A DNA stretch of 59,840 nucleotides from Candidatus Aminicenantes bacterium (GTDB lineage Bacteria > Acidobacteriota > Aminicenantia > Aminicenantales > UBA4085). Positions 8,174 through 17,542 of this stretch are shown piece by piece. The stretch's first letter is position 1. Every line of letters starts with the position of its first letter. The notes under the pieces are model-generated. The model saw only the letters and a list, made by a program, of their open reading frames with translations. It did no database searches and was not told the origin of the DNA. Both the position numbers and the translations under genes were made by a program. The stretch spans positions 1 through 59,840 of the forward strand of contig JALHTW010000028.1 in the NCBI GenBank assembly GCA_022866045.1, given 5' to 3'.

Positions 8174-10477
8174 TTATTCGTCGTGGGCCTCCAAATAGAT
8201 CTCTTGTCCCGGCTTTGTCTCAAGCTCGATTATGTCCTCTTTGACCCGCCGCCACTGGCCGTCGATCGTGAACGGGAACTCGAAGGGATTCAAGAGCCTC
8301 AGCTTTCCGCCTTTTTCAGAAACGATTCTCACTTCCATCACTTGGCCATGCATTCTTTTGGCGGAAACCAAGAATGCACCTTGGGCTCTAAGCTTGTCGA
8401 ACGAGATGTCCCTCCAGGAGGCAGGGACGGCGGGGAAGATATGGATGACTCTCGAATGGCTCTGGAGGAGCATTTCCTGGACGCCCGCCGCGAAGGCGAA
8501 ATTTCCCTCGAGCGTGAACGGCCGGTAGGTGAATTTTGATTTTCCCGTTTTTGTCTGGTCGCCATTGGCGTGGAAGCTGTTGGGAAGGCAGAAACATGTG
8601 GCAAAGATCTTGAGGGCTTGCGCCGCCCCCTCGCCGTCGAAAGCCCGGGCTTTCAAATTTCCCAGCCAGCTATAAGAATATCCGCACCAGAGGTCCGGGC
8701 CGATTCTGTCGAGCGTAGCGAGTGTGTTTTTAATGATTTCTTGATCGCGCGCTCCGTTTGACCGGTCAACCAGGCCGAACGGATGAAAAGCCATGAGGTG
8801 AGAAAAGTGGCGATGAGATTCGCGATAAGGCACGCCCGGAGCGAACATCAGTCCGTCCTTCGGGTCCACGGCGAAATCCGGCCATTCGGCGAGGATCGCT
8901 TTCCATTTTTTAGCCTCGTCTGCGCGGCCGAGTTCCAAGGCTAGCTCCGATGCAGCCTGATAGGTCCATTTGATGAGGGTCAGATCAAAATTCGTCGTCT
9001 GGGCGAACCAGGCCTTTGCACTGTTATCGAAGATCTCAGGGCTCGAGCTCGCGGGGAGCTTCCTTGTGCCGCGCTCATCCCGCACGGAAAGCTCGTCGAG
9101 ATGGACGGCGACATCCTTGATCCAGGGATAGGCTCGCTCCTCCAGGAATTTCCGGTCCAGACTGAATCGCCAGTGGAGATAAAAATGCTGGGCGAGCCAG
9201 GCGCCGACCGTGGGCCCGAAAGAATATTGGATCCAGCCGCCCATCGGTTGGCCATCAAGTGTCGAAACGCCCGGGACGTTCAACCCGTTCGTTTCGAAGT
9301 AGGCTTTCGTGTAATTCTTGAACGTGGGCCGCAGCTCCCAAAGCCAATCGAGAAAGCCGAGGCCTTCCTCGAGATGATTGCCGCTGTAACACGGCCAGTA
9401 GCTGAGCTGGGTGTTCAGGTCGTGATGAAAATCGCCTTTCCAGGGCGGGAGATTTCCGTTGTCGGCTGTCCAGACCGCTTGGAGCGAGATCGGAGGCGCC
9501 CCGCGCCTGGCGGCGGAGCCGAATTTGTATTGCTCGAGATACCATTGCTTTTCGAGGATGTCATCGGGGATGTTGATGGCGGATTGCGACCAGAAATTCT
9601 TCCACCAGGCACCGTGTTCGCCAAAATTCTTCGTGAAACCGCGTTCGAGTTCAGTCTTGACTCTCTCTGCCGCGGTCAGTTCCTTTCTCTCATCCGAAAA
9701 TTTGGAGCTGATGCTCCACACGCCTTCGAGTTCGTCAGGGCCAGTGAATTTCCAACCGACGACGATATCATAATAGAACCCGCCCCAGCCTTTTTGATGA
9801 TAGACGAGGAGATTTTCAGACTTCTTGACTTGCCCTTGGTCGTAGCCGAGTCTGCGCAAGTCCTGACCCGTGACGGGATTCTGGTCGCCGCTGTCCTTGT
9901 CGGTCTGATAGGGCGGCATGATCAGTGTCGGTTTAAAGGCATTTCCAAGGCCCTTGAACCGGAACCAACCTATGGGCTTGGTCGCATGGACATATGTTTC
10001 GAGGGATTTCCCTCCCGGCCAGGTGACTTGGCAAAGAGCCTGGCTAATGAACAGCCGGACGCTTTCCGGTGAAGCGAAGCCGCTGAGCTCGAATTCCAGG
10101 GCGCCGGCCGGAATTTTCGAGGGAGCAGGGTTGGTGTCGTAGGGTTTATCGAACTTCTCCTGGACGGGCAGGTAGTCGTTTTTTTTCCATTGTCCAACCA
10201 CCCAGCGGAATTTCCATTCGGGCGTGCTCACATTCTCCATCGGCCTCAGGTCCCAGAGGTCGGCCCGGTCGAGCGAAATCCGGATCCGGCTGCCGTTCTT
10301 CCAGACCAGCGCTCCGACCATCCCGTTGCCTAGAGGGACGGCTTCGTCCCAGCGCAGAGCAAGGCTTTGGAAGACAAGGTCATGCGGCGAGGGCTGGAGC
10401 GGAAGCTCGGCCGCGCCGAGGAACGGGATTATCTGTCCGAAAATAATGAATATGATTAAAGGCGTTATTTTTTTCAT
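8174..10477 (-). CDS. Glycoside hydrolase family 95-like protein (alpha-L-fucosidase-type fold), secreted
   Basis: Signal peptide. N-terminal pattern WDEAVPLGNGMVGALVW...ISLDRADLWD resembles the GH95 N-terminal domain signature. 767 aa fits the family size. Confidence 0.6.
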   Translation of the reverse strand: MKKITPLIIFIIFGQIIPFLGAAELPLQPSPHDLVFQSLALRWDEAVPLGNGMVGALVWKNGSRIRISLDRADLWDLRPMENVSTPEWKFRWVVGQWKKNDYLPVQEKFDKPYDTNPAPSKIPAGALEFELSGFASPESVRLFISQALCQVTWPGGKSLETYVHATKPIGWFRFKGLGNAFKPTLIMPPYQTDKDSGDQNPVTGQDLRRLGYDQGQVKKSENLLVYHQKGWGGFYYDIVVGWKFTGPDELEGVWSISSKFSDERKELTAAERVKTELERGFTKNFGEHGAWWKNFWSQSAINIPDDILEKQWYLEQYKFGSAARRGAPPISLQAVWTADNGNLPPWKGDFHHDLNTQLSYWPCYSGNHLEEGLGFLDWLWELRPTFKNYTKAYFETNGLNVPGVSTLDGQPMGGWIQYSFGPTVGAWLAQHFYLHWRFSLDRKFLEERAYPWIKDVAVHLDELSVRDERGTRKLPASSSPEIFDNSAKAWFAQTTNFDLTLIKWTYQAASELALELGRADEAKKWKAILAEWPDFAVDPKDGLMFAPGVPYRESHRHFSHLMAFHPFGLVDRSNGARDQEIIKNTLATLDRIGPDLWCGYSYSWLGNLKARAFDGEGAAQALKIFATCFCLPNSFHANGDQTKTGKSKFTYRPFTLEGNFAFAAGVQEMLLQSHSRVIHIFPAVPASWRDISFDKLRAQGAFLVSAKRMHGQVMEVRIVSEKGGKLRLLNPFEFPFTIDGQWRRVKEDIIELETKPGQEIYLEAHDE

Positions 10478-10654
10478 GGCAGAAGTGTAAAGAAGTTCAC
10501 GGAGAATATCAACGCTCAGCGTTCGCCGTTAAATTGAGCGGTCCAACCCCAGCTCCCGGACGCGCTCAAGAATTCAGCGCATCTCGGCAGGATCCACCCG
10601 TGCCTTCTCGTGACCCCCGTTTTAATGTTATGATATCGTCCAGGAGATGTGACG

Positions 10655-11131
10655 ATGGCCAAAGCGCTTGTCTGTTATTATTCGAGGACGGGAAACACCG
10701 AAAAGATGGCGATCAAGATCGCCGAGGCGTGCCGCAAGAATGGGCTGGAGGCCGATCTCAAAAAGGTTGAGGACACCGATCCTGCCGACCTCTTGGGGTA
10801 TGAATGCTTGATCTTTGGCTCGCCCACGTATTACGGGACCATGGCTTGGCCGCTAAAGAAGCTTTTGGACGAGAGCGTCAAATACCATCGGAAGCTTAAA
10901 AGCAAGGTCGGGGGAGCTTTTGCTTCATCGGCCAATATCGCCGGCGGCAATGAGACCACGGTCCTGGCTATTTTGAACGCCCTCCTGATCCACGGCATGA
11001 TCATCCAAGGGGAGCCGACCGGAGACCATTACGGCCCGGTATCGATCGGAAAACCGGACCAGCGGTCGCTTAAATCCTGTGAGCGCTACGCTGGGAACCT
11101 GGCCGCACTGACGAAGAAGTTGTTCGGCTGA
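10655..11131 (+). CDS. Flavodoxin-family protein
   Basis: AGGAG 8 nt before ATG 10655; the track starts at GTG 10649. FMN-binding loop MAKALVCYYSRTGNTEKMA and GSPTYYG. Confidence 0.8.
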   Translation: MAKALVCYYSRTGNTEKMAIKIAEACRKNGLEADLKKVEDTDPADLLGYECLIFGSPTYYGTMAWPLKKLLDESVKYHRKLKSKVGGAFASSANIAGGNETTVLAILNALLIHGMIIQGEPTGDHYGPVSIGKPDQRSLKSCERYAGNLAALTKKLFG

Positions 11132-11418
11132 AGGAAGACGGGATCAAACCCACACATGTCACAGATCTTTTGCCCTTGTCCGGTTCTCTTTTATTTTGTG
11201 TGGATTAAGGATAAGTGGAGAAGATCTCGAAACAGCCCTGCTCCCATCCGGGTTTTTAGCCCTGTTCTCTCACCGCCGCTGGGAAAATGGAGAGTCTTAT
11301 GGCATAAAGAACCTCCGAGGGAACGAGGGCTTTCTTTGAGCCCCCTTGGCTTTTCAGGGGGAATGTGGTAACAATGGAGTCCGTTTCCTGAATCGTCCTT
11401 CAAGGAAAGGAAGACGAC

Positions 11419-12075
11419 ATGAAAAGAAAGATCAAGAAGCAGCTCAAAGAAGACGAGTTCGTATCCGGCCTGACGAAGTTCTGGCAGTTCGTCAAAAAAT
11501 GGGAAAAAGAGGTCATCATCGCCGCCGCGGCCGCGGCGGCCGTGATTCTCTTGTTCTTCGGCTTTCAATTCCTCAAGATCCAGCAGGCAAAAAAGGAAAG
11601 CCGGACGGTCGGAGAGATCTTGAGCCTCCGGGCCGACCTGGCCGGCAAGCCCCAGAACGTGGCCAAGCTAGAGCAGATGGCCGGCATAGGAAAATTCTCC
11701 CGCATCGCCTATATCAGCCTGGCCACGTACTGGATGGAACAGGGCCAGCCGGATAAGGCTCAGGCCGCACTGGCCGGCATCAACGAGGATACCAAGGATT
11801 TCTTTTACTACCAGGCCCAGGACCTTAGGGCGCAGATCGCGATAGTGAAGGGGGAATACGACAGGGCGATCGACGTGCTGAAAAAGGTCGAAGAGGAAAA
11901 GCCCAAGGATTATCTCCTGGACGCTGTCTTTTACCGCCATGCCGAGGCCTTGGAAAAAAAGGGCGACCTCCAGGAAGCGCTGAAACTCTATAAGAAGCTC
12001 CAGGACGAATACGCCCAGACGTATTACGGATATGACGCGTCTCTTAAAGTCAAGAAGCTCGAGAGCGCGAAGTAG
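11419..12075 (+). CDS. Membrane-anchored TPR-like protein (YfgM-like)
   Basis: AAGGAAAGGAAG before the ATG. Basic N-terminus, one TM helix (VIIAAAAAAAVILLFFGFQFL), then a helical-repeat region. Confidence 0.55.
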   Translation: MKRKIKKQLKEDEFVSGLTKFWQFVKKWEKEVIIAAAAAAAVILLFFGFQFLKIQQAKKESRTVGEILSLRADLAGKPQNVAKLEQMAGIGKFSRIAYISLATYWMEQGQPDKAQAALAGINEDTKDFFYYQAQDLRAQIAIVKGEYDRAIDVLKKVEEEKPKDYLLDAVFYRHAEALEKKGDLQEALKLYKKLQDEYAQTYYGYDASLKVKKLESAK

Positions 12076-12101
12076 GCGGGCCTGGGGCATAAAAGCGGGG
12101 G

Positions 12102-12280
12102 GAGGTTAGGGTAGGCAATTCTTTTTCCGGGGCGCCGGAAAGTCGAGCAGGGGTGGCACGGCGAAGGGGCTCCCCGCCCGCGCGCAGCGGCCTGGCGGCG
12201 AGCACGGCCGGGGAAGAGCCGCGACAGGACCCCGCCCGAAATTGGCCTGACTCCGGAAAAAAATTGCTTACGAGGTTAGG
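12102..12280. mobile_element. MITE-like element: 9-bp direct repeat flanking imperfect terminal inverted repeats and a GC-rich core
   Basis: GAGGTTAGG at 12102-12110 and 12272-12280. TIRs are GTAGGCAATTCTTTTTCCGG (12111-12130) and CCGGAAAAAAATTGCTTAC (12253-12271). No ORF inside. Confidence 0.45.
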
Positions 12281-12287
12281 CGTCCGC

Positions 12288-12315
12288 TTGTAAATTCGAT
12301 AAAAAAGGCTATAAT
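12288..12315 (+). promoter_or_regulatory. Sigma70-like promoter for the ferredoxin gene
   Basis: TTGTAA (12288-12293), 16-nt spacer, perfect TATAAT (12310-12315). AGGAGG SD follows before ATG 12347. Confidence 0.45.
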
Positions 12316-12346
12316 TTATTTTTTATTCCATAGAGGAGGATCATCC

Positions 12347-12592
12347 ATGGCTTATAAGATCACCGAAGAATGCATCAATTGCGGAGCCTGCGAGCCCGAA
12401 TGCCCGAACCAGGCGATCTCGGCCGGCGATACGATCTACGTCATCGACTTCAACAAATGCTCAGAGTGTGTCGGAAGCTTCGACGAGTCCCAGTGCGCTG
12501 CAGTCTGCCCGGTCGATTGCTGCATTCCCGATCCCGATCACAAGGAGAGCCGGGAAGAGCTCGAGGCCAAGCATAAAAGGCTGAAGGGCTGA
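12347..12592 (+). CDS. YfhL-type 2x[4Fe-4S] ferredoxin
   Basis: [24 protein letters not shown]...CSECVG...CAAVCPVDC: two CxxCxxCxxxCP-type cluster motifs. 81 aa. Confidence 0.85.
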   Translation: MAYKITEECINCGACEPECPNQAISAGDTIYVIDFNKCSECVGSFDESQCAAVCPVDCCIPDPDHKESREELEAKHKRLKG

Positions 12593-12614
12593 TCTTTCAT
12601 TCGCCTTTTTTCCG

Positions 12615-12646
12615 ATAGGAGTGAGAACCTCACTCCTATTTTTTTT
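12615..12646 (+). terminator. Rho-independent terminator after the ferredoxin gene
   Basis: ATAGGAGTGAG / CTCACTCCTAT is an 11-bp stem with a 3-nt loop, followed by a run of 7 T. It ends only 6 nt before ATG 12653 of the next gene, which has no SD. Confidence 0.7.
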
Positions 12647-12652
12647 AATCCT

Positions 12653-13636
12653 ATGGACGAAACAAAAATCGAAGGAATACCGGCGGCTCCCGCGGCGCGG
12701 AGGGCGGTCTCCTTTTTCGGGAAGAATCGCGTCTGGCTCAACATCTTGCTCTTCATCCTGACGGTCCTCTCCACGTTCGTCGTCGGCACAAGCTGGAGCG
12801 CCAGCTACAAATACGCCGAAGAGATCAGCGCGAATCCCGAATTTGTCGTGACCCTCCAGATGCTGATGGATACGCAGGTGCTTTCGCTTAGCCTCATTTA
12901 TGCCGCGGTTCTGCTGGTCATCCTTCTCGGGCATGAACTGGGACACTATTTAACCTGCCGGTATTACCGCATCAGCGCCACCCTGCCTTTTTTCATCCCG
13001 GCCCCGACGCTCGTCGGGACCATGGGAGCGTTCATCAAGATCAAGTCGCCGATCACGCGAAAACGGCAGCTCTTTGATATCGGCGTCGCCGGGCCGCTGG
13101 CGAGCTTCGTCCTGTCGCTTCCGGCGCTGGTCATCGGCGTTGCGCTGTCGAAGGTCGTCCCATCCCTGCCCAAGGAAGGCACGTATTACTTCGGCGATCC
13201 GCTCCTGCTCAAGATCATCGGGGCCATCTTTTTTAAGAATGTCGGGCCGAACCAGGATGTTGTTCTTCATCCCGTCGCCGTGGCCGGATGGGTGGGCGTG
13301 CTCGTCACGGCCATGAATCTTTTCCCGCTCGGCCAGCTCGATGGCGGGCATGTATCTTATGCGGTTCTCGGTCCCAGGGCTAAAGCCATCGGCCGTGTCT
13401 TCCTCGCTGTCTTCGTCGTCATGGGCATTTTTTTCTGGGCCGGCTGGCTCGTCTGGGCCCTCGTCATCATGCTCCTGGGTTTGAAGCATCCGCGGATCTG
13501 GGACGAGGACGCATCTTTGGGAACCAAGAGAAAGATCATTGGATTTCTCACCCTCGTCGTTTTCATCCTGTCCTTTATTCCCGATCCCATCAAAGGGTAT
13601 AATGGGCTCGAGCTTATCAGGCAATTTTGGCGATAA
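12653..13636 (+). CDS. Site-2 protease family (M50) membrane metalloprotease
   Basis: HELGHY (HExxH) inside a TM helix, multiple TM segments, and a downstream LDGG motif (FPLGQLDGGH). Confidence 0.8.
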   Translation: MDETKIEGIPAAPAARRAVSFFGKNRVWLNILLFILTVLSTFVVGTSWSASYKYAEEISANPEFVVTLQMLMDTQVLSLSLIYAAVLLVILLGHELGHYLTCRYYRISATLPFFIPAPTLVGTMGAFIKIKSPITRKRQLFDIGVAGPLASFVLSLPALVIGVALSKVVPSLPKEGTYYFGDPLLLKIIGAIFFKNVGPNQDVVLHPVAVAGWVGVLVTAMNLFPLGQLDGGHVSYAVLGPRAKAIGRVFLAVFVVMGIFFWAGWLVWALVIMLLGLKHPRIWDEDASLGTKRKIIGFLTLVVFILSFIPDPIKGYNGLELIRQFWR

Positions 13637-13851
13637 AAATATGGGGAAAGTTTTTCACAGATTCTGTGGAAAAATTGTGGATAAATGCGCCGGCGGCGAG
13701 CCAAATTCACGAAAATTCTTGAAGATACAACGATTTGCACAATATTTAGTCATGTCTTATAACTTATTGATAACGAATAAGATATGAATTCGCTGTAAAC
13801 AAACAAGTTGCGTTGAAGGAGCCCGAATAACTCGAATAAAAGGTGGAATCG

Positions 13852-14691
13852 ATGGAAAAAACGCTTAGCCGGGTCATCGAAGCTTTCAACAACCTGAAGA
13901 CGAGGTTCCAAGCCGGAGAGATCTCCCGCCAGGAATTCATCGATGAGATGAAAAAGCTGCGGATCAAGGACGACAGGGGCCGATTCTGGATGATCGGCGC
14001 CCAGACCGGCAAGTGGTATTATTTCGATGGCAAGGATTGGGTCCAGGACGAGCCGCCGTCTCAGAAAGGAAAAAAAGCGATCTGCATCTATTGCGGATTC
14101 GAGAACAAGTTGGAAGAGGACGCCTGCGCCCGTTGCGGCGGGAACCTTGGGGAAGATCGTCGCGTATGTCACCAATGCGGGGCCAAGTTTCCCGAGCCCT
14201 TCTTGAATTGTCCGAAGTGCGGCTTCGGTCCTGGGGAAGGGGAAGCGGCGGAAGAGATGGCGTCCGCCGGTCTGAAAGAGATCAAAGAGGTTGAAGATAT
14301 CGAAGGACCTTATGTCCTCCGCTCGGTCCAACCGTCGTCATGGTTCCTGTTCGGCGGGGTCTTGGGCCTTTTGGTCGGAATCCTCGCCGGTGCTTTTGCC
14401 GGCGCGACAACCTATTTTTCAAAATACCTGACGTTTCTTCCCCAATCGCTCGTCAGTCTCCAGGGCAATCTCCTCGGCGGCGCCATCTATGGGCTTTCGG
14501 GGGGGATCGTCGGGTTCCTGGCCTTCGCCTGCGTCGCTTTTCTCAAGGCCGTCATCGTCAATTTTATCCTCTCTCTCGTAGGGGGGATCAAGTTCAAGGT
14601 CCAAAAGGCTTCGTCCCAAAAGACGAGGAGAAAAAAAGAAGAAGACAAGGAATCCGATTACGGCCCGGGCGAATTCCACCTCAAAGACTGA
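13852..14691 (+). CDS. Double zinc-ribbon membrane protein, function unknown
   Basis: AAGGTGG before ATG 13852; the track starts at GTG 13843. CIYCG..CARCG and CHQCG..CPKCG ribbons, then a glycine-zipper TM region. Confidence 0.55.
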   Translation: MEKTLSRVIEAFNNLKTRFQAGEISRQEFIDEMKKLRIKDDRGRFWMIGAQTGKWYYFDGKDWVQDEPPSQKGKKAICIYCGFENKLEEDACARCGGNLGEDRRVCHQCGAKFPEPFLNCPKCGFGPGEGEAAEEMASAGLKEIKEVEDIEGPYVLRSVQPSSWFLFGGVLGLLVGILAGAFAGATTYFSKYLTFLPQSLVSLQGNLLGGAIYGLSGGIVGFLAFACVAFLKAVIVNFILSLVGGIKFKVQKASSQKTRRKKEEDKESDYGPGEFHLKD

Positions 14692-16960
14692 GCCCTTTGC
14701 CTTCTTTCAGCCGGGCCAACGCATGGGCGATCTGCCCCACGGAAAGCGACTCATCGTTCGGGGAATAAACGACCGGCCTTAGAACTTTGAACCGCTTTCG
14801 TTCGAGCTCGTCGGAAGCGCGCGAAAGCAGTCTCTTGTTGCAAAACACCCCGCCGCAGAGGACAACGGTGTCGATGCCGGATTCTTTTCTCGCCATCTGA
14901 GCGATCACGACGATGACGCGGGCCAGCGTGTTGTGGAATTTCGATGAGATGAGGCGAGGAGGAAGGCCGTAGTCTAAATCGGCCAGGATGTTCTTGATGG
15001 TTTTCGTGAAAGATATCCGGAAGAGCCTGTTTTCCTTGGTGATGACAAAAGGATAAGATGCTTGGATGCGGCTTGAGGCCGCCGCTTCAAGCCGCATGGC
15101 CGCTTCAGCTTCGAAGTCGTTCTCGAGCGGGCTTGTCCCGGTCAGGGCGGAGACGGCATCGAACAACCGACCGCAGCTCGACGAAAGCGGCGATCGGATC
15201 CGGTTTTTGATCATCTCCAGCACGCCTTGGATCTTTTTCATCTCCACGTTTTTTAAGATGCCAGCCCGGGGAACGGAGGCGAATCCGGCTTCGTGGAGAT
15301 AGGACAGGGCCATCCGCCAGGGCTGCTTCGCGGCCAGATCGCCTCCGGGAAGCGGGACGGGCTCGAAATGGGCGAGCCTCTCGAATCCAAGGTAATCGGC
15401 CAGGAGGAATTCCCCGCCCCAGGCTTCTCCGTCAGGGCCATAGCCGTAGCCGTCCCAGGAGACGCCCAGGACTTTCGTTTCCGGGGCGGTCCCGTGTTCG
15501 AGCATGGCGGCGAGGACGTGGGCGTGATGGTGTTGGACTTGAAGGTGCGGAAGGCCGAGCCTTTGGGCATAGCGGGTCGTGTGGAAATCGGGATGCAGGT
15601 CCGAAACCACGCAGGCGGGCTTGACGTCGAACAACGTCATCAAATGCCCGATGGTCTCTTTGAAATAGAGGTGGTTCGGGTATTCATCCAGGTCGCCCAG
15701 GAATTGGCTGGTGACGACATAGCCGTCCTTATAAATGGAGACCGTGTCTTTGAGCTCCCCGCCGAGGGCCAGCACGTCCTGGGACGACCGGAGCTCCGCC
15801 GGGACTTTCTGGGGATAGGGGACATAGCCGCGGGCCCGCCGGACGAAAAGGGGCGACGCGCCGACGGCTTTGACCACCGAATCGTCGGCCCTCATCGCGA
15901 TGGGGCGGTTGTGGCCGAGGACATAGTCGCACAGGCCGCAGATGCCCTCATCCTCCTCCTTCATGATGGGAGAATCTTTTTTGTTCGAGCTCGTGGCCAC
16001 GATGAGCTTAAGGTTTTCAAGCAGAAGATAGTGGAGCGGCGTGTAAGGAAGCATGAAGCCGATCTCGTCGAGGTTGGGGGCGATGCCGGGGATGTCCCTT
16101 TTCTTTTTTAGGAGGACGATGGGCCGCCGTTCGGACAGGAGCCATTTCCTTTCGGCGGGTTTGAGGCAGGCATATTTTTCGACGGTCTTTACGTCCAGGG
16201 CCATGAGGGCCAGGGGTTTTGTCTCTCGTTCCTTGATCTTCCGCAGACGGCGGACGGCATCAGGGTTCAAAGGATCGCAGGCCAGATGAAATCCGCCGAG
16301 TCCCTTGACGGCCAGGATTTTTCCTTTTTTGATCAGCTCGGCGGCCCGCTCGATCCCGCCCGGGATCTCCTTCCCCGTTCTTGCCTTCCTGAGGATGACC
16401 GATGGGCCGCAGCGCGGGCAGGCGATCGGCTGGGCATGATAGCGCCTGTCCAGCGGGTCATGGTACTCGGCCGAGCATTCCGGGCACATCGGAAAGCCGG
16501 ACATGGTCGTGTTCGACCGGTCATACGGCAGCGCTTTGACGATCGTATAGCGCGGGCCGCAGTCCGTGCAGTTCGTGAAAGGATAGCGGAAACGGCGGTC
16601 CCCGGGGTTCATGATATCGTGATGGCAGTTCGGGCAGGTCGAAATGTCGGGAGCGATAAAAACGAACCTTTTACCCTGTTTGGATTTTTTGACCGCGAAG
16701 TCTCTGAACCCCTTGAACGCTGCCGGTTTGAAGGTCAACCTCTCGACCAGGGCCAGCGGCGGCTTCTCTTCGACGATGGCCCGGAGGAAATCTTGGAACT
16801 CAGTTTTTATGCCCTTTTCGATATGGATCTCGACGCCTCGGCCGGCATTCTTGACCCAGCCTTTATAGCCATAATGACGGGCCAGGCGGTAAATGAACGG
16901 CCTGAACCCCACTCCCTGGACGACTCCGAAAACGGTGATCCTCAGCGCGCCGCCTTTCAT
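14681..16960 (-). CDS. hypF: [NiFe]-hydrogenase maturation carbamoyltransferase HypF
   Basis: Acylphosphatase N-terminus (VFGVVQGVGFRPFIYRLA). Two CxxC-x18-CxxC zinc fingers (CPNCHHD...CTDCGPRY; CPECSAEY...CPRCGP). YrdC-like and Kae1-like regions. 759 aa. Confidence 0.9.
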   Translation of the reverse strand: MKGGALRITVFGVVQGVGFRPFIYRLARHYGYKGWVKNAGRGVEIHIEKGIKTEFQDFLRAIVEEKPPLALVERLTFKPAAFKGFRDFAVKKSKQGKRFVFIAPDISTCPNCHHDIMNPGDRRFRYPFTNCTDCGPRYTIVKALPYDRSNTTMSGFPMCPECSAEYHDPLDRRYHAQPIACPRCGPSVILRKARTGKEIPGGIERAAELIKKGKILAVKGLGGFHLACDPLNPDAVRRLRKIKERETKPLALMALDVKTVEKYACLKPAERKWLLSERRPIVLLKKKRDIPGIAPNLDEIGFMLPYTPLHYLLLENLKLIVATSSNKKDSPIMKEEDEGICGLCDYVLGHNRPIAMRADDSVVKAVGASPLFVRRARGYVPYPQKVPAELRSSQDVLALGGELKDTVSIYKDGYVVTSQFLGDLDEYPNHLYFKETIGHLMTLFDVKPACVVSDLHPDFHTTRYAQRLGLPHLQVQHHHAHVLAAMLEHGTAPETKVLGVSWDGYGYGPDGEAWGGEFLLADYLGFERLAHFEPVPLPGGDLAAKQPWRMALSYLHEAGFASVPRAGILKNVEMKKIQGVLEMIKNRIRSPLSSSCGRLFDAVSALTGTSPLENDFEAEAAMRLEAAASSRIQASYPFVITKENRLFRISFTKTIKNILADLDYGLPPRLISSKFHNTLARVIVVIAQMARKESGIDTVVLCGGVFCNKRLLSRASDELERKRFKVLRPVVYSPNDESLSVGQIAHALARLKEGKGLSL

Positions 16961-17505
16961 GATTGTTTTTCTCGGCGGCTGTAGATGCAGCCGCAGTAGT
17001 TCTGCCTGTAAAGCCCATAGCGGCGGCTGAGCTCGATCGTTCTTTGGAAACCGTCCTTCTTCTTGAAATCGGCTTCCAGGAAACGAAGGTGATATTTCCG
17101 GCCGGTCAAGCTTCCGATCCGGTTGAGGACATCGGCCTTTTTCCAGGGACTGACGCTCATGATGGTCGTGAAGGCCGACAGGCCGAGCTCGATCGCTTTT
17201 CTGGCCGTTCGCTCGAGCCTTATGGCGTAGCAGATGTCGCAGCGCCGGCCTTTCTCCGGCTCCGCACGGAGTTTCCGCGTGAGCGTCAGCCAGAGATCCT
17301 GATCATAGTCGCCTTCATGCAGGTCGAAGCCGAGGATGCCTTCGACCTTCCTCGTTTCCGCCAGCCTGAGGGCATATTCTTCGGCGGGCCAGATATTAGG
17401 GTTGTAAAAAAAACCTGCGACGTTGAAATCTTTCTGGAGCAGCTCTATGACATACGATGCGTCGGGAGCGCAGCAGATATGGGCGAGCATTCCGGGCTTG
17501 GCCAT
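16957..17505 (-). CDS. queH: Epoxyqueuosine reductase QueH (DUF208)
   Basis: HICCAPDASY...FFYNPNIWPAEEY...RCDICYAIRL...YRQNYCGC matches the QueH Cys pattern. ATGA overlap with the hypF start. Confidence 0.8.
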   Translation of the reverse strand: MAKPGMLAHICCAPDASYVIELLQKDFNVAGFFYNPNIWPAEEYALRLAETRKVEGILGFDLHEGDYDQDLWLTLTRKLRAEPEKGRRCDICYAIRLERTARKAIELGLSAFTTIMSVSPWKKADVLNRIGSLTGRKYHLRFLEADFKKKDGFQRTIELSRRYGLYRQNYCGCIYSRREKQS

Positions 17506-17542
17506 GCTTCCATTTTATGATGAAGAAGGAGGAAGGTAAAGC

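Noticed and set aside
9101-10072. 323-aa plus-strand ORF, with similar cases at 15293-16111, 16286-16984, 27853-28452, 12950-13624, 13750-14331 and 374-1021
   Set aside because: All lie opposite strongly supported genes in the GC-rich half, where stop codons are rare in antisense frames. None shows a family motif.
11132-11418. 287-nt gap between the flavodoxin and TPR genes as a possible small RNA gene (SRP, 6S)
   Set aside because: Only two short hairpins were seen (GGGCT.../...AGCCC and CCCCCT/AGGGGG), with no conserved SRP or 6S motifs. The 71-aa ORF 11156-11371 is P/R/S/W-rich and unconvincing.
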